Part shown: positions 1 through 10,863 of the stretch, one piece after another
Layout of the letters: each line of letters begins with the position of its first letter
How positions within the stretch are numbered: position 1 is the first letter of the stretch
Source of the DNA: Minisyncoccia bacterium
GTDB lineage: Bacteria > Patescibacteriota > Minisyncoccia > Phycocordibacterales > UBA9973
Direction: 5' to 3'
NCBI GenBank assembly: GCA_965662335.1
Contig: CBFIGQ010000047.1
Span: 13,131-77,130, forward strand
Length of the DNA: 64,000 nucleotides
The notes under the pieces: model-generated
The model's database searches: none
The model's input: the letters and a program-made list of their open reading frames with translations, nothing else
Told to the model about the DNA's origin: nothing
Made by a program: the position numbers and the translations under genes

Positions 1-58
1 TTCGTTATATTCAAGCATGCTCATAGGTCTAGATCATAGCCGAAAAGGGAAGGAAAGT

Positions 59-1105
59 CTATTCTCCCGAACTGTCAGCCACAACCTCTTTCATGCGGGC
101 GCGAACATCTTTCATGATCTGGTCACGCACCTTGGTGTTATCTCGCATAAAGACGCGTGAGGCATCATACCCGCGGCCAAGTTTCACTTCCTCTTTGCCA
201 ATTGGGGCATAGGTGTATGAGGTGCCACTTTTTGTAATCACTCCGAGCTTTTCACCGAGCGCGAGGAGCTCGCCTTCAAGGCTGATACCTTCACCATAGA
301 TGATGTCGAACTCAGTTTGCTTAAACGGCGCAGCAACTTTGTTTTTGACAACTTTGACACGAGTACGAGAGCCGACAACTTCATCTCCTTTTTTGATCTG
401 TGCGATACGACGGATATCAAGACGTACCGACGTATAGAACTTGAGTGCCTTTCCGCCCGGAGTAGTCTCTGGGTTTCCAAACATGACCCCTATCTGCATA
501 CGGATCTGGTTGATAAAGATAACAATAGTCTTTGATTTATGAACAATGGCAGTGAGCTTACGCAGTGCCTGAGACATAAGGCGGGCTTGGCGACCAACGT
601 GTTGCTGATCCATATCGCCTTCGATCTCAGCTTTTGGCGTCAGTGCTGCTACTGAGTCGATCACAACTACATCAATCTTGCCAGACCGAATAAGACTCTC
701 TGCGATGTCGAGTGCTTGCTCACCTGTGTCAGGTTGGGAGATGAGGAGTTCGTTGGTCTTGACCCCGATATTGTGCGCATAGTCAGGATCCATTGCGTGT
801 TCTGCATCAATATAGGCACAAATACCGCCTGTCTTTTGCGCCTCTGCTACGACATGGAGGGCAAGGGTAGTCTTACCACTTGATTCTGGTCCAAATATTT
901 CGATGATGCGGCCGCGAGGAAGGCCTCCGATACCGAGCGCGATATCGAGGCCAATAGAACCAGTTGAAACAGTCCCAATGTCTACTTTTGGGGTTTCTCC
1001 AAGTTTCATAATGGCGCCCTCACCAAACTTGGTTTGGATAGAACGAATAGTTTCTTCGACTGATGACGCGTCAGAGTGTGCAGCTTTTGATACTTTTTTT
1101 GGCAT
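59..1105 (-). CDS. recA: Recombinase RecA
   Basis: 348-aa ORF with canonical RecA core: Walker [10 protein letters not shown], conserved L1/L2 regions, acidic C-terminal tail. Confidence 0.95.
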   Translation of the reverse strand: MPKKVSKAAHSDASSVEETIRSIQTKFGEGAIMKLGETPKVDIGTVSTGSIGLDIALGIGGLPRGRIIEIFGPESSGKTTLALHVVAEAQKTGGICAYIDAEHAMDPDYAHNIGVKTNELLISQPDTGEQALDIAESLIRSGKIDVVVIDSVAALTPKAEIEGDMDQQHVGRQARLMSQALRKLTAIVHKSKTIVIFINQIRMQIGVMFGNPETTPGGKALKFYTSVRLDIRRIAQIKKGDEVVGSRTRVKVVKNKVAAPFKQTEFDIIYGEGISLEGELLALGEKLGVITKSGTSYTYAPIGKEEVKLGRGYDASRVFMRDNTKVRDQIMKDVRARMKEVVADSSGE

Positions 1106-1131
1106 AAAAATTATAAAAAAATTAGTAAGAC

Positions 1132-1518
1132 TTACTGAAAGGCAGAACCGATAGTAGTAGCGACAGCAGCAGGAGGGTTGACCACGACATGGTATGTCTT
1201 GACCTTTTTCTTCCCAAACTGGTCTTGGAGAGCAACTTCAACAATATTATATCCCGGCGAGAGCAATATCTCATCACTAAACTTTCCAGCGCGATCTACA
1301 GCTACTTGGCGCCCATTGATCTCAAGTGTGCGTGCATGGCGAGCAGTTCCGCTTATCGGAAGGATAGGGCTCGAAAGAGTAGCACCGTCACTAGTAGCAC
1401 TTACTTCAATAGGTGCACCAATGAGGAGGTCTCGCATGTTAAAGCAAATGAGACCCAAAACACCAATGCCTAGCAGTATGTATAGCCCAAATCTGGGCCC
1501 AGGGAGTGATTTCTTCAT
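1132..1518 (-). CDS. Small membrane-anchored hypothetical protein
   Basis: N-terminal anchor [23 protein letters not shown]; start placed at internal Met to avoid overlap with ftsK; no recognisable domain. Confidence 0.4.
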   Translation of the reverse strand: MKKSLPGPRFGLYILLGIGVLGLICFNMRDLLIGAPIEVSATSDGATLSSPILPISGTARHARTLEINGRQVAVDRAGKFSDEILLSPGYNIVEVALQDQFGKKKVKTYHVVVNPPAAVATTIGSAFQ

Positions 1519-1549
1519 TCTTCGTAAATACCTCGAGGGATTGTTCATA

Positions 1550-3673
1550 TTATATACCCATTTCATCTGCAATGGAATCGCTCACTGCGCCACCAGGAAT
1601 CTTTCCTTCGAGTATTTCTCGAGGTTTGGATCCATTTGCAGGGCCAATGACTCCTCGCTGCTCGAGTAGGTCAATGATACGCGCTGCACGACCATACCCA
1701 AGACTGAGCTTACGCTGTAACAGGGATGTAGATGCTTTATTGTTTTCTAGTATACACTGCCTTGCTTCTTCGTAGAGAGGATCATCATCTCCATTATCCT
1801 CAATAGAGTCGCTAAACATTGCCTTATCGCCACTTACACTACCCGAGAGCTCGATTGTATCGCGCACGTCATCTTTGAAGGCATTTTTGAGGTATCCGAC
1901 CACACTTTTTACTTCATCCTCTGAGATAAATGCTGACTGGAGGCGCTCTGGCTGATTACTTTCCACAAGGGCAAGCATATCTCCGTAGCCGAGAAGCTTT
2001 TCCGCACCAGTAGTGTCGAGAATGGTGCGAGAGTCGATACCGGTCGGGACACGGAGCGCGATACGAGACGGCACGTTTGCCTTGATCAGACCAGTGATGA
2101 CGTTTACTTCAGGGCGCTGGGTCGAGAGGATGAGATGGATACCCACTGCTCGAGACATTTGCGCAAGGCGCACGATAGCTGACTCAAGTTCTCGAGGGTA
2201 GGCCTGCATGATGTCGGCGAGCTCGTCGATGATGATGACGATATACGGCATACGATCGACTCCTTCGGTATTTTTGACGAAGTCTTGTGCATGCTTTTTA
2301 TGATAGCTTTCGATGTCACGCACTGACTCGCTTTCGAGGAGGTCATACCGTCTATTCATTTCAGTTGCAGCCCATTTGAGCGCCAGGATTGATTTCTTTG
2401 AATCAGTGATCACTGGAGAGAGGAGGTGTGGGATGCCGTTGTAGAGAGTGAGTTCGACGCGTTTTGGGTCGACAAAGATAAAGCGAAGGTCATCTGGTCC
2501 GTGACGATACAACAGGGAGGTAATAATGGCGTGAATAGTTACTGACTTACCAGAACCAGTCGTACCTGCAATGAGGAGGTGCGGCATCTTTGCAATGCTT
2601 CGGAGGACACTTTTGCCAGCAATGTTGCGTCCAAGTGCCACAGTAAGTGGGCGAGCCTGTGTAAAGGCTGGGTCACCGAGAAGACTCGCAAGTCCGACCG
2701 TTGCCTTAGTCTTATTTGGGATCTCGACTCCAACCAGACTTTTGCCAGGGATAGGAGCTTCGATACGGAGCGGGTGCGCAGCAAGGGTGAGGGCAAGGTC
2801 ATTTTGGAGCGCAACAATACGTGAGAGTTTGACACCTTGGGCAGGTTTTAGAGCATAGCGCGTGACTGTTGGACCTATAGTGATCTCATCCATTTCTACT
2901 TCAATACCAAAGTTGCCAAGTGTGCGACGAATATTGTTTGCGTTTTGCTTCACATCACCAACATTTGCCTTTCCTTTATCGCCTTCAAGGAGAGAAAGTG
3001 GTGGAGGGGTGTAGGAGCCGATAGGGCTCGTGCGTCTCTTGGTATCAAGGGTGAATTCTTGTGCTGAGGCGTCATTTACTTTGAGCTCAACTGGGCGCGG
3101 TGGTGAGAGAGGGCGAGAAGTTTCCTCATCTTCAGTATCAATTGCGCTTGGCTGCGGTTCTTCTTCATCAATCTCTACAGTATCACGTCTAAAGAGAGCG
3201 CGAAGGCGGTCCCAGAGGCTGCTAAAAAATGGCAAGAGTTCCGGTGTTCTATCAAAGAAGAGTGCAAAGGAAGATACGATAACGACGAGCAGTATGATAC
3301 TTGCAAATATCACATCAAACCCAGCAATGAGCGGAGTAGCAACAAGTGTTCCCACAAAGCCTCCGTAGCGAGTATTCTGCACTGAGAGAAAGGTGAGAAG
3401 CGCGATGAGTCCAAGCGATCCGGTAAGTACCTGTCGGGTAGTAACTTCAAGTCTTTTATTTCGTATAAGGAGTATTCCTGCAGTGAGAAGGGCAAGGGGG
3501 AGTAAAAGAGCACCAGCACCAAAGAGATAGTACCCAGCCTGGGCTATGACGTAGCCACCTGCACCTGCGCTTCCCATCATGCCGCCCAGCGCAATACATG
3601 CGATAAGGAGAAGGGCAAGGCCCAGGACAACAGTATTGGTACGGGATGATTGCTTTTGTTTTTTCTTAGCCAT
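1550..3673 (-). CDS. ftsK: DNA translocase FtsK/SpoIIIE
   Basis: N-terminal TM helices, acidic linker, motor domain with Walker A GTTGSGKS, C-terminal gamma winged-helix (LLQRKLSLGYGRAARIIDLLE). Confidence 0.9.
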   Translation of the reverse strand: MAKKKQKQSSRTNTVVLGLALLLIACIALGGMMGSAGAGGYVIAQAGYYLFGAGALLLPLALLTAGILLIRNKRLEVTTRQVLTGSLGLIALLTFLSVQNTRYGGFVGTLVATPLIAGFDVIFASIILLVVIVSSFALFFDRTPELLPFFSSLWDRLRALFRRDTVEIDEEEPQPSAIDTEDEETSRPLSPPRPVELKVNDASAQEFTLDTKRRTSPIGSYTPPPLSLLEGDKGKANVGDVKQNANNIRRTLGNFGIEVEMDEITIGPTVTRYALKPAQGVKLSRIVALQNDLALTLAAHPLRIEAPIPGKSLVGVEIPNKTKATVGLASLLGDPAFTQARPLTVALGRNIAGKSVLRSIAKMPHLLIAGTTGSGKSVTIHAIITSLLYRHGPDDLRFIFVDPKRVELTLYNGIPHLLSPVITDSKKSILALKWAATEMNRRYDLLESESVRDIESYHKKHAQDFVKNTEGVDRMPYIVIIIDELADIMQAYPRELESAIVRLAQMSRAVGIHLILSTQRPEVNVITGLIKANVPSRIALRVPTGIDSRTILDTTGAEKLLGYGDMLALVESNQPERLQSAFISEDEVKSVVGYLKNAFKDDVRDTIELSGSVSGDKAMFSDSIEDNGDDDPLYEEARQCILENNKASTSLLQRKLSLGYGRAARIIDLLEQRGVIGPANGSKPREILEGKIPGGAVSDSIADEMGI

Positions 3674-3834
3674 GAACTACAAGAGTATATCACCGCTCTA
3701 AAGAGAAAACCATTGATTTATAAGGATTATTTGGACACGTCTCATAGATTGTGTAATCAGTCTATGTCCGTTATAATCGTTTTATATAGTTTTTGTATAA
3801 GACATATCTAGGACAGATATATAAGACAATATAT

Positions 3835-4449
3835 ATGGATAAATCACTCGCAATTCAAGCACAAAATGATCGTGCTAAAGGACAGAAACTCGTTGGAGCG
3901 CTGTACCTCGTGACAGAGCACCTTGCCGAATCTGATCCTTTGAGACAGAGAGTTCGCGCGCTCGCGCTTGCGCTTCTGCAGACATCTGAGCGGGTGAAGG
4001 CAGGAGAAGAGCTACTCACTCTGTTGGGTGCGGCAGTACTCGCGCGCACAATAAGTGAAAGAAATGTCTCACTTATTACGTACGAGCTACAGCTATATCT
4101 CCATACCCCTGATCAAGACTCGCAGACTCTGAGCAGTCTCTTTGAAAGACATCACGATGTCAAATCGGCAAGGTCACAGCCAAATAAAAGTCACACTTCT
4201 ATACATCAAGAACTTACTAGTAACACTGTCCAATACAAAACCAATACAAATAGTGACACTAAAAATAAAAGACAAGACCAGATACTGTCCTTTATCAATG
4301 ACCGTAAATCCGCAGCCATAAAAGACATTGCAACCCTCTTTCCTGAGGTGTCCGAAAAGACAATTCAGCGCGAACTCGGTACCCTTGTTGCGCTTGGAAA
4401 GATCAATAAACGGGGTAGTAAGCGCTGGAGTCTGTACATGGCAATTTAG
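3835..4449 (+). CDS. Putative transcriptional regulator with C-terminal winged-helix HTH
   Basis: C-terminal ~55 aa resemble DeoR-type HTH (SAAIKDIATLFPEVSEKTIQRELGTLVALGKI); start at MDKSLAIQ; remainder unknown. Confidence 0.4.
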   Translation: MDKSLAIQAQNDRAKGQKLVGALYLVTEHLAESDPLRQRVRALALALLQTSERVKAGEELLTLLGAAVLARTISERNVSLITYELQLYLHTPDQDSQTLSSLFERHHDVKSARSQPNKSHTSIHQELTSNTVQYKTNTNSDTKNKRQDQILSFINDRKSAAIKDIATLFPEVSEKTIQRELGTLVALGKINKRGSKRWSLYMAI

Positions 4450-4894
4450 GCTTTTGCTGTAAGGTTTTCAGTATGCACGCGTCACTACTAGTAGGTGGCA
4501 CCTGCCATTTCTTTTGCATCAAAAGAGACCCTTCGTAGCTACTAGGCGCTTTGTGCGCTTTGTGGTACTATTGAGGCTATCTTTTGCACCTCCACAAGAG
4601 GAGCAAAAGTATGGTGGTAGTTCCACCAGGACTGCTCGTTAAAAATCCTATAGCGACTTATACATTTATAAGATCGGTATGCTTTTTTGGCGGCAGTTCG
4701 GTTCGTTCACCTTCTGTAAAAAGAAGGCGTTCGATATCGGCCTTGTCGACACGGCAGATACTGCAGCTCGTTACTGCAGTCTGCAATTAGCTAACCCGTG
4801 GTATGTCCGGAGGTGATAAAGACTTCTTGGCACACTACAAACGCTTCATCTCATATATATAGTGAGCAAGCGATTACAAAGAATTAATTAAACT

Positions 4895-6889
4895 ATGAAA
4901 AAGACTTTTAAATTTCTCGTAGCTACCGTTGCACTCGTTGCTGTTATGGCAATCGGATCTGCAAAGGCAGCGTACGTTCACACTGGTCTTCTCAAAATGG
5001 GAATGACTAGTTCACAGGTTATGAGTCTTCAACAGACTCTTAACTCAAACGGCTTCTTGGTTTCTACTACCGGTGCTGGTTCTCCAGGAATGGAATCTAT
5101 GTACTTCGGTTCAAAGACCAAGTCAGCTGTAATGGCATTCCAGTCAGCAAAGGGACTCAAGGCTGACGGTATCGTTGGTGTTCAGACTGGTACAGCTCTC
5201 GCAGCTCTTACTGGTGGTTCAGTTGCGCTTCCAGCAGGTTGTACTTCAACTTCTGGCTACTCAACTACTACAGGTCAGCCATGTACATCAACAGCTAACT
5301 ACCCTGCAGGTTGTACTTCATCTGTTGGATACTCTCCAACAACTGGTCAGCCATGTAACGGTTCTACTAACGGTGGAACAAACGGTCCTCTTAGTGGTAC
5401 TGCTGGTGACATCACTGTTTCTTCATATAACTCAGGTCTTGAGACTCAAGTTGGTGAAGGAATGACTAACGCAAAGGTTGTCGGATTCGAAGTTGAGGCA
5501 GACGCTGGTTCAGATGTTTCTCTTAACTCTGTAAAGGTTACTCTCCAAAAGAGTAGTGGTCCAGGTTCAACTCGTCTTACACGATACGCTGACACTGTTT
5601 CTATTTGGGATGAAAACGGCAACAAAGTTGGTTCAGCTAGTGCATCTGACTTCTCTGAGTCATCAAACGTATACACTCGCTCAATCCCTCTTTCAAACGT
5701 TGTGATCCGAGCAGATCAAAAGATGCGTTTCTACGTAGCAGTATCTGCTGTTGATAACATTGACTCAAATGATCAGAGTACTTACTGGTCAGTAAAGGAA
5801 TCAGCTATCCGCTTTACAGATGCTTCAGGTGCTATCCTTACAACAGACTCATCTAATGACGTTAGTAAGACTTTCCAGTTCACTTCTCTTGCAACAGCTA
5901 GTGATGTAGAACTCAAGGTTAACCTTTCAAGTTCAAACCTCAAGGCTCAGACTGTAAAGGTGTCTACTACTGCTCAGACCAACAATGTTGAACTTCTTAA
6001 GTTCACTATGAAGGCACAAGGATCAAGTATGCACATCGATCAGATCCCAGTACTCCTCACTTCAGGAACTACTGGTGTATCTTCTGTAACTGGAAACGTT
6101 ACTCTTAAGATCGACGGACAGTCATACAGTGAATCAGTTTCTGGTTCTGGTACTGGTATTACCGTTCTCTTCAACGATCTCGGCCTCGACATCGCTGCAG
6201 ACGACACTATCACTGGTACTGTTACTGCTGACATCAACGCTCTTACAGGAAACTACGCTCAGGGAGAAACTCTCTACGCGTCTATCCCTTCATCATATGT
6301 AACCGCTACAAGTGGTAACTACATTGATGTTGAAGACAAGAACGGTGATCAGCTCGTAACTGGTGACCGATCAGGTTCAGCTATCGGTGAGGCTATGACC
6401 TTCCGATCAACTGGTGTAAACGTAGTAATGGGTTCTGCATCTATTGCATACACACCAAACAGTGGAAATACTGGTTCATATGACTCAGCTACTTACACAA
6501 TTCCTGTGTCTGTAACGTCATTCGGTAATACACTTTACCTTAGTCAGACTGTAGAGTTGGGATCAACTGTTACTGGATCAAACGCATTCGCAGTTGCATT
6601 CCAGAAGTCTTCAGCTCCATCTACAGACGTAGTATCAGGTGTTACAGCTACTTACACGCTTGCAACATCAGATGCTACTCTTGAGAGTGGTGCATACCGT
6701 CTTGACGATGGTCAAACCAAGCACTTCACAGTTACTGTTAACCTCTTCGGTGGAAACACTGCAGCGGCATACCGTGTAGCGCTCAAGCAGATCCAGACAT
6801 TTGCAACTTCTGCACTTGTAACTGGTACTAAGCAGACACTACTTCCTGTTGAACAGTTCCAGACTAACTACCAGAACATCATTAAATAA
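4895..6889 (+). CDS. Large secreted surface protein with N-terminal peptidoglycan-binding domain
   Basis: Signal peptide; PG_binding_1-like motif (AVMAFQSAKGLKADGIVGVQTGTAL); tandem Cys-containing repeats AGCTS..GYS.TTGQPC; long Ser/Thr/Val-rich beta-type region. Confidence 0.6.
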   Translation: MKKTFKFLVATVALVAVMAIGSAKAAYVHTGLLKMGMTSSQVMSLQQTLNSNGFLVSTTGAGSPGMESMYFGSKTKSAVMAFQSAKGLKADGIVGVQTGTALAALTGGSVALPAGCTSTSGYSTTTGQPCTSTANYPAGCTSSVGYSPTTGQPCNGSTNGGTNGPLSGTAGDITVSSYNSGLETQVGEGMTNAKVVGFEVEADAGSDVSLNSVKVTLQKSSGPGSTRLTRYADTVSIWDENGNKVGSASASDFSESSNVYTRSIPLSNVVIRADQKMRFYVAVSAVDNIDSNDQSTYWSVKESAIRFTDASGAILTTDSSNDVSKTFQFTSLATASDVELKVNLSSSNLKAQTVKVSTTAQTNNVELLKFTMKAQGSSMHIDQIPVLLTSGTTGVSSVTGNVTLKIDGQSYSESVSGSGTGITVLFNDLGLDIAADDTITGTVTADINALTGNYAQGETLYASIPSSYVTATSGNYIDVEDKNGDQLVTGDRSGSAIGEAMTFRSTGVNVVMGSASIAYTPNSGNTGSYDSATYTIPVSVTSFGNTLYLSQTVELGSTVTGSNAFAVAFQKSSAPSTDVVSGVTATYTLATSDATLESGAYRLDDGQTKHFTVTVNLFGGNTAAAYRVALKQIQTFATSALVTGTKQTLLPVEQFQTNYQNIIK

Positions 6890-6924
6890 GTAATTATTTA
6901 AGTTGTATCTAGTATCTAGATCAC

Positions 6925-6953
6925 AAAAAACCACCCTCCGGGGTGGTTTTTTG
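6925..6953 (+). terminator. Intrinsic terminator
   Basis: ccaccctccggggtgg hairpin followed by T6. Confidence 0.8.
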
Positions 6954-6975
6954 TATTTCTGCTATACTCAGCAAT

Positions 6976-8976
6976 ATGTTAAAAAATTCCTTTTTGAAGC
7001 GGACGGTCTTGATCACTGTGTTAGTGATACCGATAGTATGTTTCAAAGCGCTCGTCTTCCCTCATGTAACGAGTAAGGCGTATCTGTTTTATGGGCTCGT
7101 AGAAATCATCACAGCAGTATGGGTGTATGTCGTGTTGGTTGATCCGACTTGCCGGATAAGCCGAAGAGCGTTACTTTGGCTTATTCCATTTGGAGCATAT
7201 ATGGTGTGGCTTACTATTGCGGGCATGCTTTCTTTTAATCCACATCTTTCTGTATGGTCATCTCTCATGCGAGGAACGGGTCTTTTGACACTGTGGCATG
7301 GTTTTCTATTTATTCTCGTCCTTATGTCGCTTGTACAAAAATATGGAAAAGTATTTATATATACGGTGATGCAGTACACAGTCGCTGCGGGTGCCGTAGT
7401 GGGTGCGAGTATCTGGTTTGGAGATGAAGGACTTCGAGTACCTATTTCAGTACTACAAAAGGGAAGCGGGGGAGGGGTCGTAGGTAACTCATCACTTGCA
7501 GCAGCGTATCTGCTCTTTGTTGTTGCGTTTGCGTTGATACTTGTGTGTGCAAAAGAACTCAAACAAAAATGGTGGATATATCTATCACTTTTCATCATTA
7601 TTGGATCTCCGATTTTTATAAACATCATCGGACTGTGTAGGGGGATAGGGCTACTTGGAAGTGCTCGAGCTGCAACTGCTGCTATAGGGATAGGTGCAGT
7701 AGTGTCGGCGCTTGTACTACTCGTACTTTCACCTTCAAAAACTCGCAAAGTAATAGGTTGGTCAGGTATTGCTGCCGGTGTTGTTGTGTTTGTAGTGGTA
7801 TGGAGCCAGCTCATGACCTCAGGCACTGCAATTCATACCAAATTTATTTCTGAAACTTCTGATGCTCGGTTTATATTTTGGAATATTGCTCAAAATGCAA
7901 TGGATGAGCGACCACTACTTGGATACGGGCCAGAAAATTTCTCTATAGCAGTGCAGCGTCATTTTGATCCACAGCTCCTGTCAAAGGATTCTGGATTTGA
8001 GGTATGGAGCGATCGAGCTCATAACATATACTACGATACCGGTGTCTCGGGAGGGTATCCGGCAATTGTGTTATATGCACTCCTGATTGCAAGTATGATA
8101 GCTGCAGCATACAAAGCGTATACCAAAGGATTTTATACACGAACAGAAGTTGCGGTTTTTACGGGGCTTGTTGTTGCCTATGTCGTGCAAAACCTTACGG
8201 TATTTGATGGATTTATGTCACTCTTTGTGCTCTATATAACACTTGCAGTACTCTACGGAGCATTTAGAACTACGGACACTTCAACATATATAGTAAGTGA
8301 TAGGTATAAACCTTTACTTCCTGTTTTTCTAGTTGCGGCACTAGTCGGAGCTTGGTATTTGAGCATTAGACCGATAGAAAAGGCGCATGCCTTTGGAGAT
8401 GTGCTCGGCGATGCAGTCAACAAAAGACCAGACAGATATAAGTCACTTTTGAACGGCGCGTCTGTTGGTAATGACTGGGATGTAAGCGGATTTGCCCATG
8501 ATGAATACAAACTCTATGCCAGAGATCCCCTTGCAGTAAAAAGCGATCAGAGGCTGCTCCCGTATGGCAAGAAAGATATTGATGCATTTATCGCCTATAT
8601 AGAAACCATAGCTAACACCAACAAGACGGACTATCGTCTCTACCTCAGTATTGTGCACTTGTATAGCACAAAGATATATCTCGGAGATATGCCGTATGAT
8701 AATGCACTTGCAGAAAAGATACAGAGCTATATCGATACTGGGCGCATGCTCGCGCCGCGCGATCCACAGCTCTACTGGGCAGATGCACAGCTAGCTGCTT
8801 GGAAAGGAGATATACAGGGTGTAGTTACTGCGTACCAAAAAGGTATTGAGCTAGATCCGACACTTGCACCGTCACATAGACTATTGGTTGGTTTTTTGAA
8901 GGATACCGGTAACCAAAAACTATATGAACAAGCGCTCAAGCAGGCTCGGCAGGACATACCTGGATTTACCTTATAA
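6976..8976 (+). CDS. O-antigen ligase/polymerase-like membrane protein (Wzy_C family) with C-terminal soluble TPR-like domain
   Basis: About 12 predicted TM helices; Wzy_C-like motif RAHNIYYDTGVSGGYPAIVLY; start moved to MLKNSFLKR downstream of terminator. Confidence 0.6.
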   Translation: MLKNSFLKRTVLITVLVIPIVCFKALVFPHVTSKAYLFYGLVEIITAVWVYVVLVDPTCRISRRALLWLIPFGAYMVWLTIAGMLSFNPHLSVWSSLMRGTGLLTLWHGFLFILVLMSLVQKYGKVFIYTVMQYTVAAGAVVGASIWFGDEGLRVPISVLQKGSGGGVVGNSSLAAAYLLFVVAFALILVCAKELKQKWWIYLSLFIIIGSPIFINIIGLCRGIGLLGSARAATAAIGIGAVVSALVLLVLSPSKTRKVIGWSGIAAGVVVFVVVWSQLMTSGTAIHTKFISETSDARFIFWNIAQNAMDERPLLGYGPENFSIAVQRHFDPQLLSKDSGFEVWSDRAHNIYYDTGVSGGYPAIVLYALLIASMIAAAYKAYTKGFYTRTEVAVFTGLVVAYVVQNLTVFDGFMSLFVLYITLAVLYGAFRTTDTSTYIVSDRYKPLLPVFLVAALVGAWYLSIRPIEKAHAFGDVLGDAVNKRPDRYKSLLNGASVGNDWDVSGFAHDEYKLYARDPLAVKSDQRLLPYGKKDIDAFIAYIETIANTNKTDYRLYLSIVHLYSTKIYLGDMPYDNALAEKIQSYIDTGRMLAPRDPQLYWADAQLAAWKGDIQGVVTAYQKGIELDPTLAPSHRLLVGFLKDTGNQKLYEQALKQARQDIPGFTL

Positions 8977-8980
8977 CTAA

Positions 8981-9010
8981 TAAAACGCTCGGATTTCCGA
9001 GCGTTTTCAT
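8981..9010. terminator. Bidirectional intrinsic terminator between convergent genes
   Basis: aaaacgctcgga-tttc-cgagcgtttt hairpin flanked by A/T runs. Confidence 0.7.
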
Positions 9011-9861
9011 TAAAAGAATTCTGTAATAATTAGGATACCACTGCTCCCATCTCCTCCATTTTTATTTACAGATGAATATCCATTTCCTCCACTGCCGCCA
9101 GAACCAAAACCTGTTGCGCTATATCCGTCTCGACTAGAATTACTTGCAACAGATACTGCACCTGCACCAAAAAATGAAGAAGCGCCACAATATAGTGGTT
9201 GGCCAGACCCTGTAGCACCTCCACTATTATTCCCGTGGAGATTAATATCTCCATTAACACCTACTCCGCCAGATGATCCATCGGTTGCAGAAATTATTGA
9301 TGTTTGCGCATTACCGCCTTCACCTCCTGAAGCAGAACAATGTATACCAAAAGAGCTTGTCTCTCCATTTTCACCTCTGGATTGAGGGGTACCTCCGTGT
9401 CCACCAATTCCAATAGTTATAATTTCCGTTGCTCCAAGTTCTGTTTCATTAATAATTTTTTTACAATATCCTCCAGCTGCTCCTGCACCACCGCCATAGT
9501 TATAACATCCTCCACCCCCTCCTCCACCTCCAACCATCTCAACAACGATGTATTTGAGTCCGGGTGGTTTGGTCCATACTGCATCTGTGGTGTAGACATG
9601 GACTTTTGGAATCGGTGAATTGAGCTGAATGTACGAGATGAAGTCATAGAATGAAACCTTGTGAATGATGGAATCATGCTGATCAAGGACGAGGATGTGC
9701 GTCGGAATACTTGCGTCTGGTATGGTATCTATACGAGCAGTACCGTGCACTTGAAATGCGGCGAGTGGGTCAATAGGTTGGCCTGGTGGCAAGTTTACTG
9801 CAACCTGAGCATGCGCGTACAGACAAAGGTACGTCAAAAAACCAAAAAGAATGTGTTTCAT
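9010..9861 (-). CDS. Secreted glycine-rich protein
   Basis: Signal peptide MKHILFGFLTYLCLYAHA; Gly-rich segments (GGGGGGGGCYNYGGGAGAAGG, GSGGSGGNGYS); start set at the signal-peptide Met. Confidence 0.55.
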   Translation of the reverse strand: MKHILFGFLTYLCLYAHAQVAVNLPPGQPIDPLAAFQVHGTARIDTIPDASIPTHILVLDQHDSIIHKVSFYDFISYIQLNSPIPKVHVYTTDAVWTKPPGLKYIVVEMVGGGGGGGGCYNYGGGAGAAGGYCKKIINETELGATEIITIGIGGHGGTPQSRGENGETSSFGIHCSASGGEGGNAQTSIISATDGSSGGVGVNGDINLHGNNSGGATGSGQPLYCGASSFFGAGAVSVASNSSRDGYSATGFGSGGSGGNGYSSVNKNGGDGSSGILIITEFF

Positions 9862-9966
9862 AATTGTATTGTTTTTAAAATGAGCAAAAATTTGACTACA
9901 GTGTATCGGGGAGTGATAAAGATTTAATAAACTTTTATTTTCTGGAGGGTGTAGTACTATAAGGCA

Positions 9967-10863
9967 ATGATTATTGTGCGAACTGCGGGTGGGATGGGAA
10001 ACCAAATGTTTCAGTATGCTACTGGTCGAGCACTTTCTCTAAAGTATGGCCAGGAACTGAAAATTGATAACTATATGCAGCAGTATTTAGCGGAGAATGG
10101 TTTTTTTGGATATGTTTCTGTTTTTCGGTCATACGCACTTGACGTATTTACCATCCAAGCATCGATTGCTTCACCCTCTGAAATACCGTGGTGGCTCAGA
10201 GTCTTTAGGTTCGGTAAAGTGATGGCCGCAATCGATGGCGTTCGGCGTAGAGTGATTAGATATAAGGGAAGAGAATCATGGGGCGCCCAAGTATTTAATC
10301 CCCAGGTGCTCTCATATGGGCCCGATGTGTATCTTGACGGAGATTGGCAAAGCTATAAGTATTTTGAAGCATATTCTGACATCATCAAGAAAGATTTTAC
10401 CCTCAAACAACTTCCTACAGAATCCATACAAGAACTAGGAAAAGAAATAGGGTCGTGCGAGTCAGTATGTGTACATATACGGCGTGGAGACTATGTCGGG
10501 AATACATTTCATGGACAGATGAGCGGTGCATACTATACTCAAGCGCTTATGCATATAAATGCAAGTAAAACTATCGAGCATGTCTATGTATTTTCTGATG
10601 ATGTGGTGTGGTGTAGAGACCATATACAGTTTGATTACCCGGTAACATTTGTAGACGCGATGTATGCAGGTGAAGACCAAATGGGACATTTTTGGCTTAT
10701 GCAGCAGTGCCGTAACTTTGTGATTGCAAATAGCTCTTTCTCATGGTGGGCTGCTTGGCTTGCAGAAAATCCCAACAAGATGGTTGTCGCGCCAAAAAAA
10801 TGGTTTGCTGATGAATCAATTGATACGACCGACCTTATTCCTCCAGCATGGATACGTATGTAA
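9967..10863 (+). CDS. Glycosyltransferase family 11 (alpha-1,2-fucosyltransferase-like)
   Basis: N-terminal GGMGNQMFQYA motif characteristic of GT11 fucosyltransferases. Confidence 0.8.
   Translation: MIIVRTAGGMGNQMFQYATGRALSLKYGQELKIDNYMQQYLAENGFFGYVSVFRSYALDVFTIQASIASPSEIPWWLRVFRFGKVMAAIDGVRRRVIRYKGRESWGAQVFNPQVLSYGPDVYLDGDWQSYKYFEAYSDIIKKDFTLKQLPTESIQELGKEIGSCESVCVHIRRGDYVGNTFHGQMSGAYYTQALMHINASKTIEHVYVFSDDVVWCRDHIQFDYPVTFVDAMYAGEDQMGHFWLMQQCRNFVIANSSFSWWAAWLAENPNKMVVAPKKWFADESIDTTDLIPPAWIRM

Noticed and set aside
5175-5465. Leu/Val/Gln-rich 96-aa ORF in an alternative frame of the surface-protein gene
   Set aside because: It is a low-complexity out-of-frame read of the repeat region; the main frame has the signal peptide and domains.
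7089-7826. 245-aa antisense ORF within the Wzy-like gene; similar long antisense ORFs at 30968..31681 (in secD), 35821..36345 (in the CAP gene), 37463..37975 (in htpX), 14682..15134
   Set aside because: They are antisense to well-supported genes, have no domains, and show composition typical of shadow ORFs.
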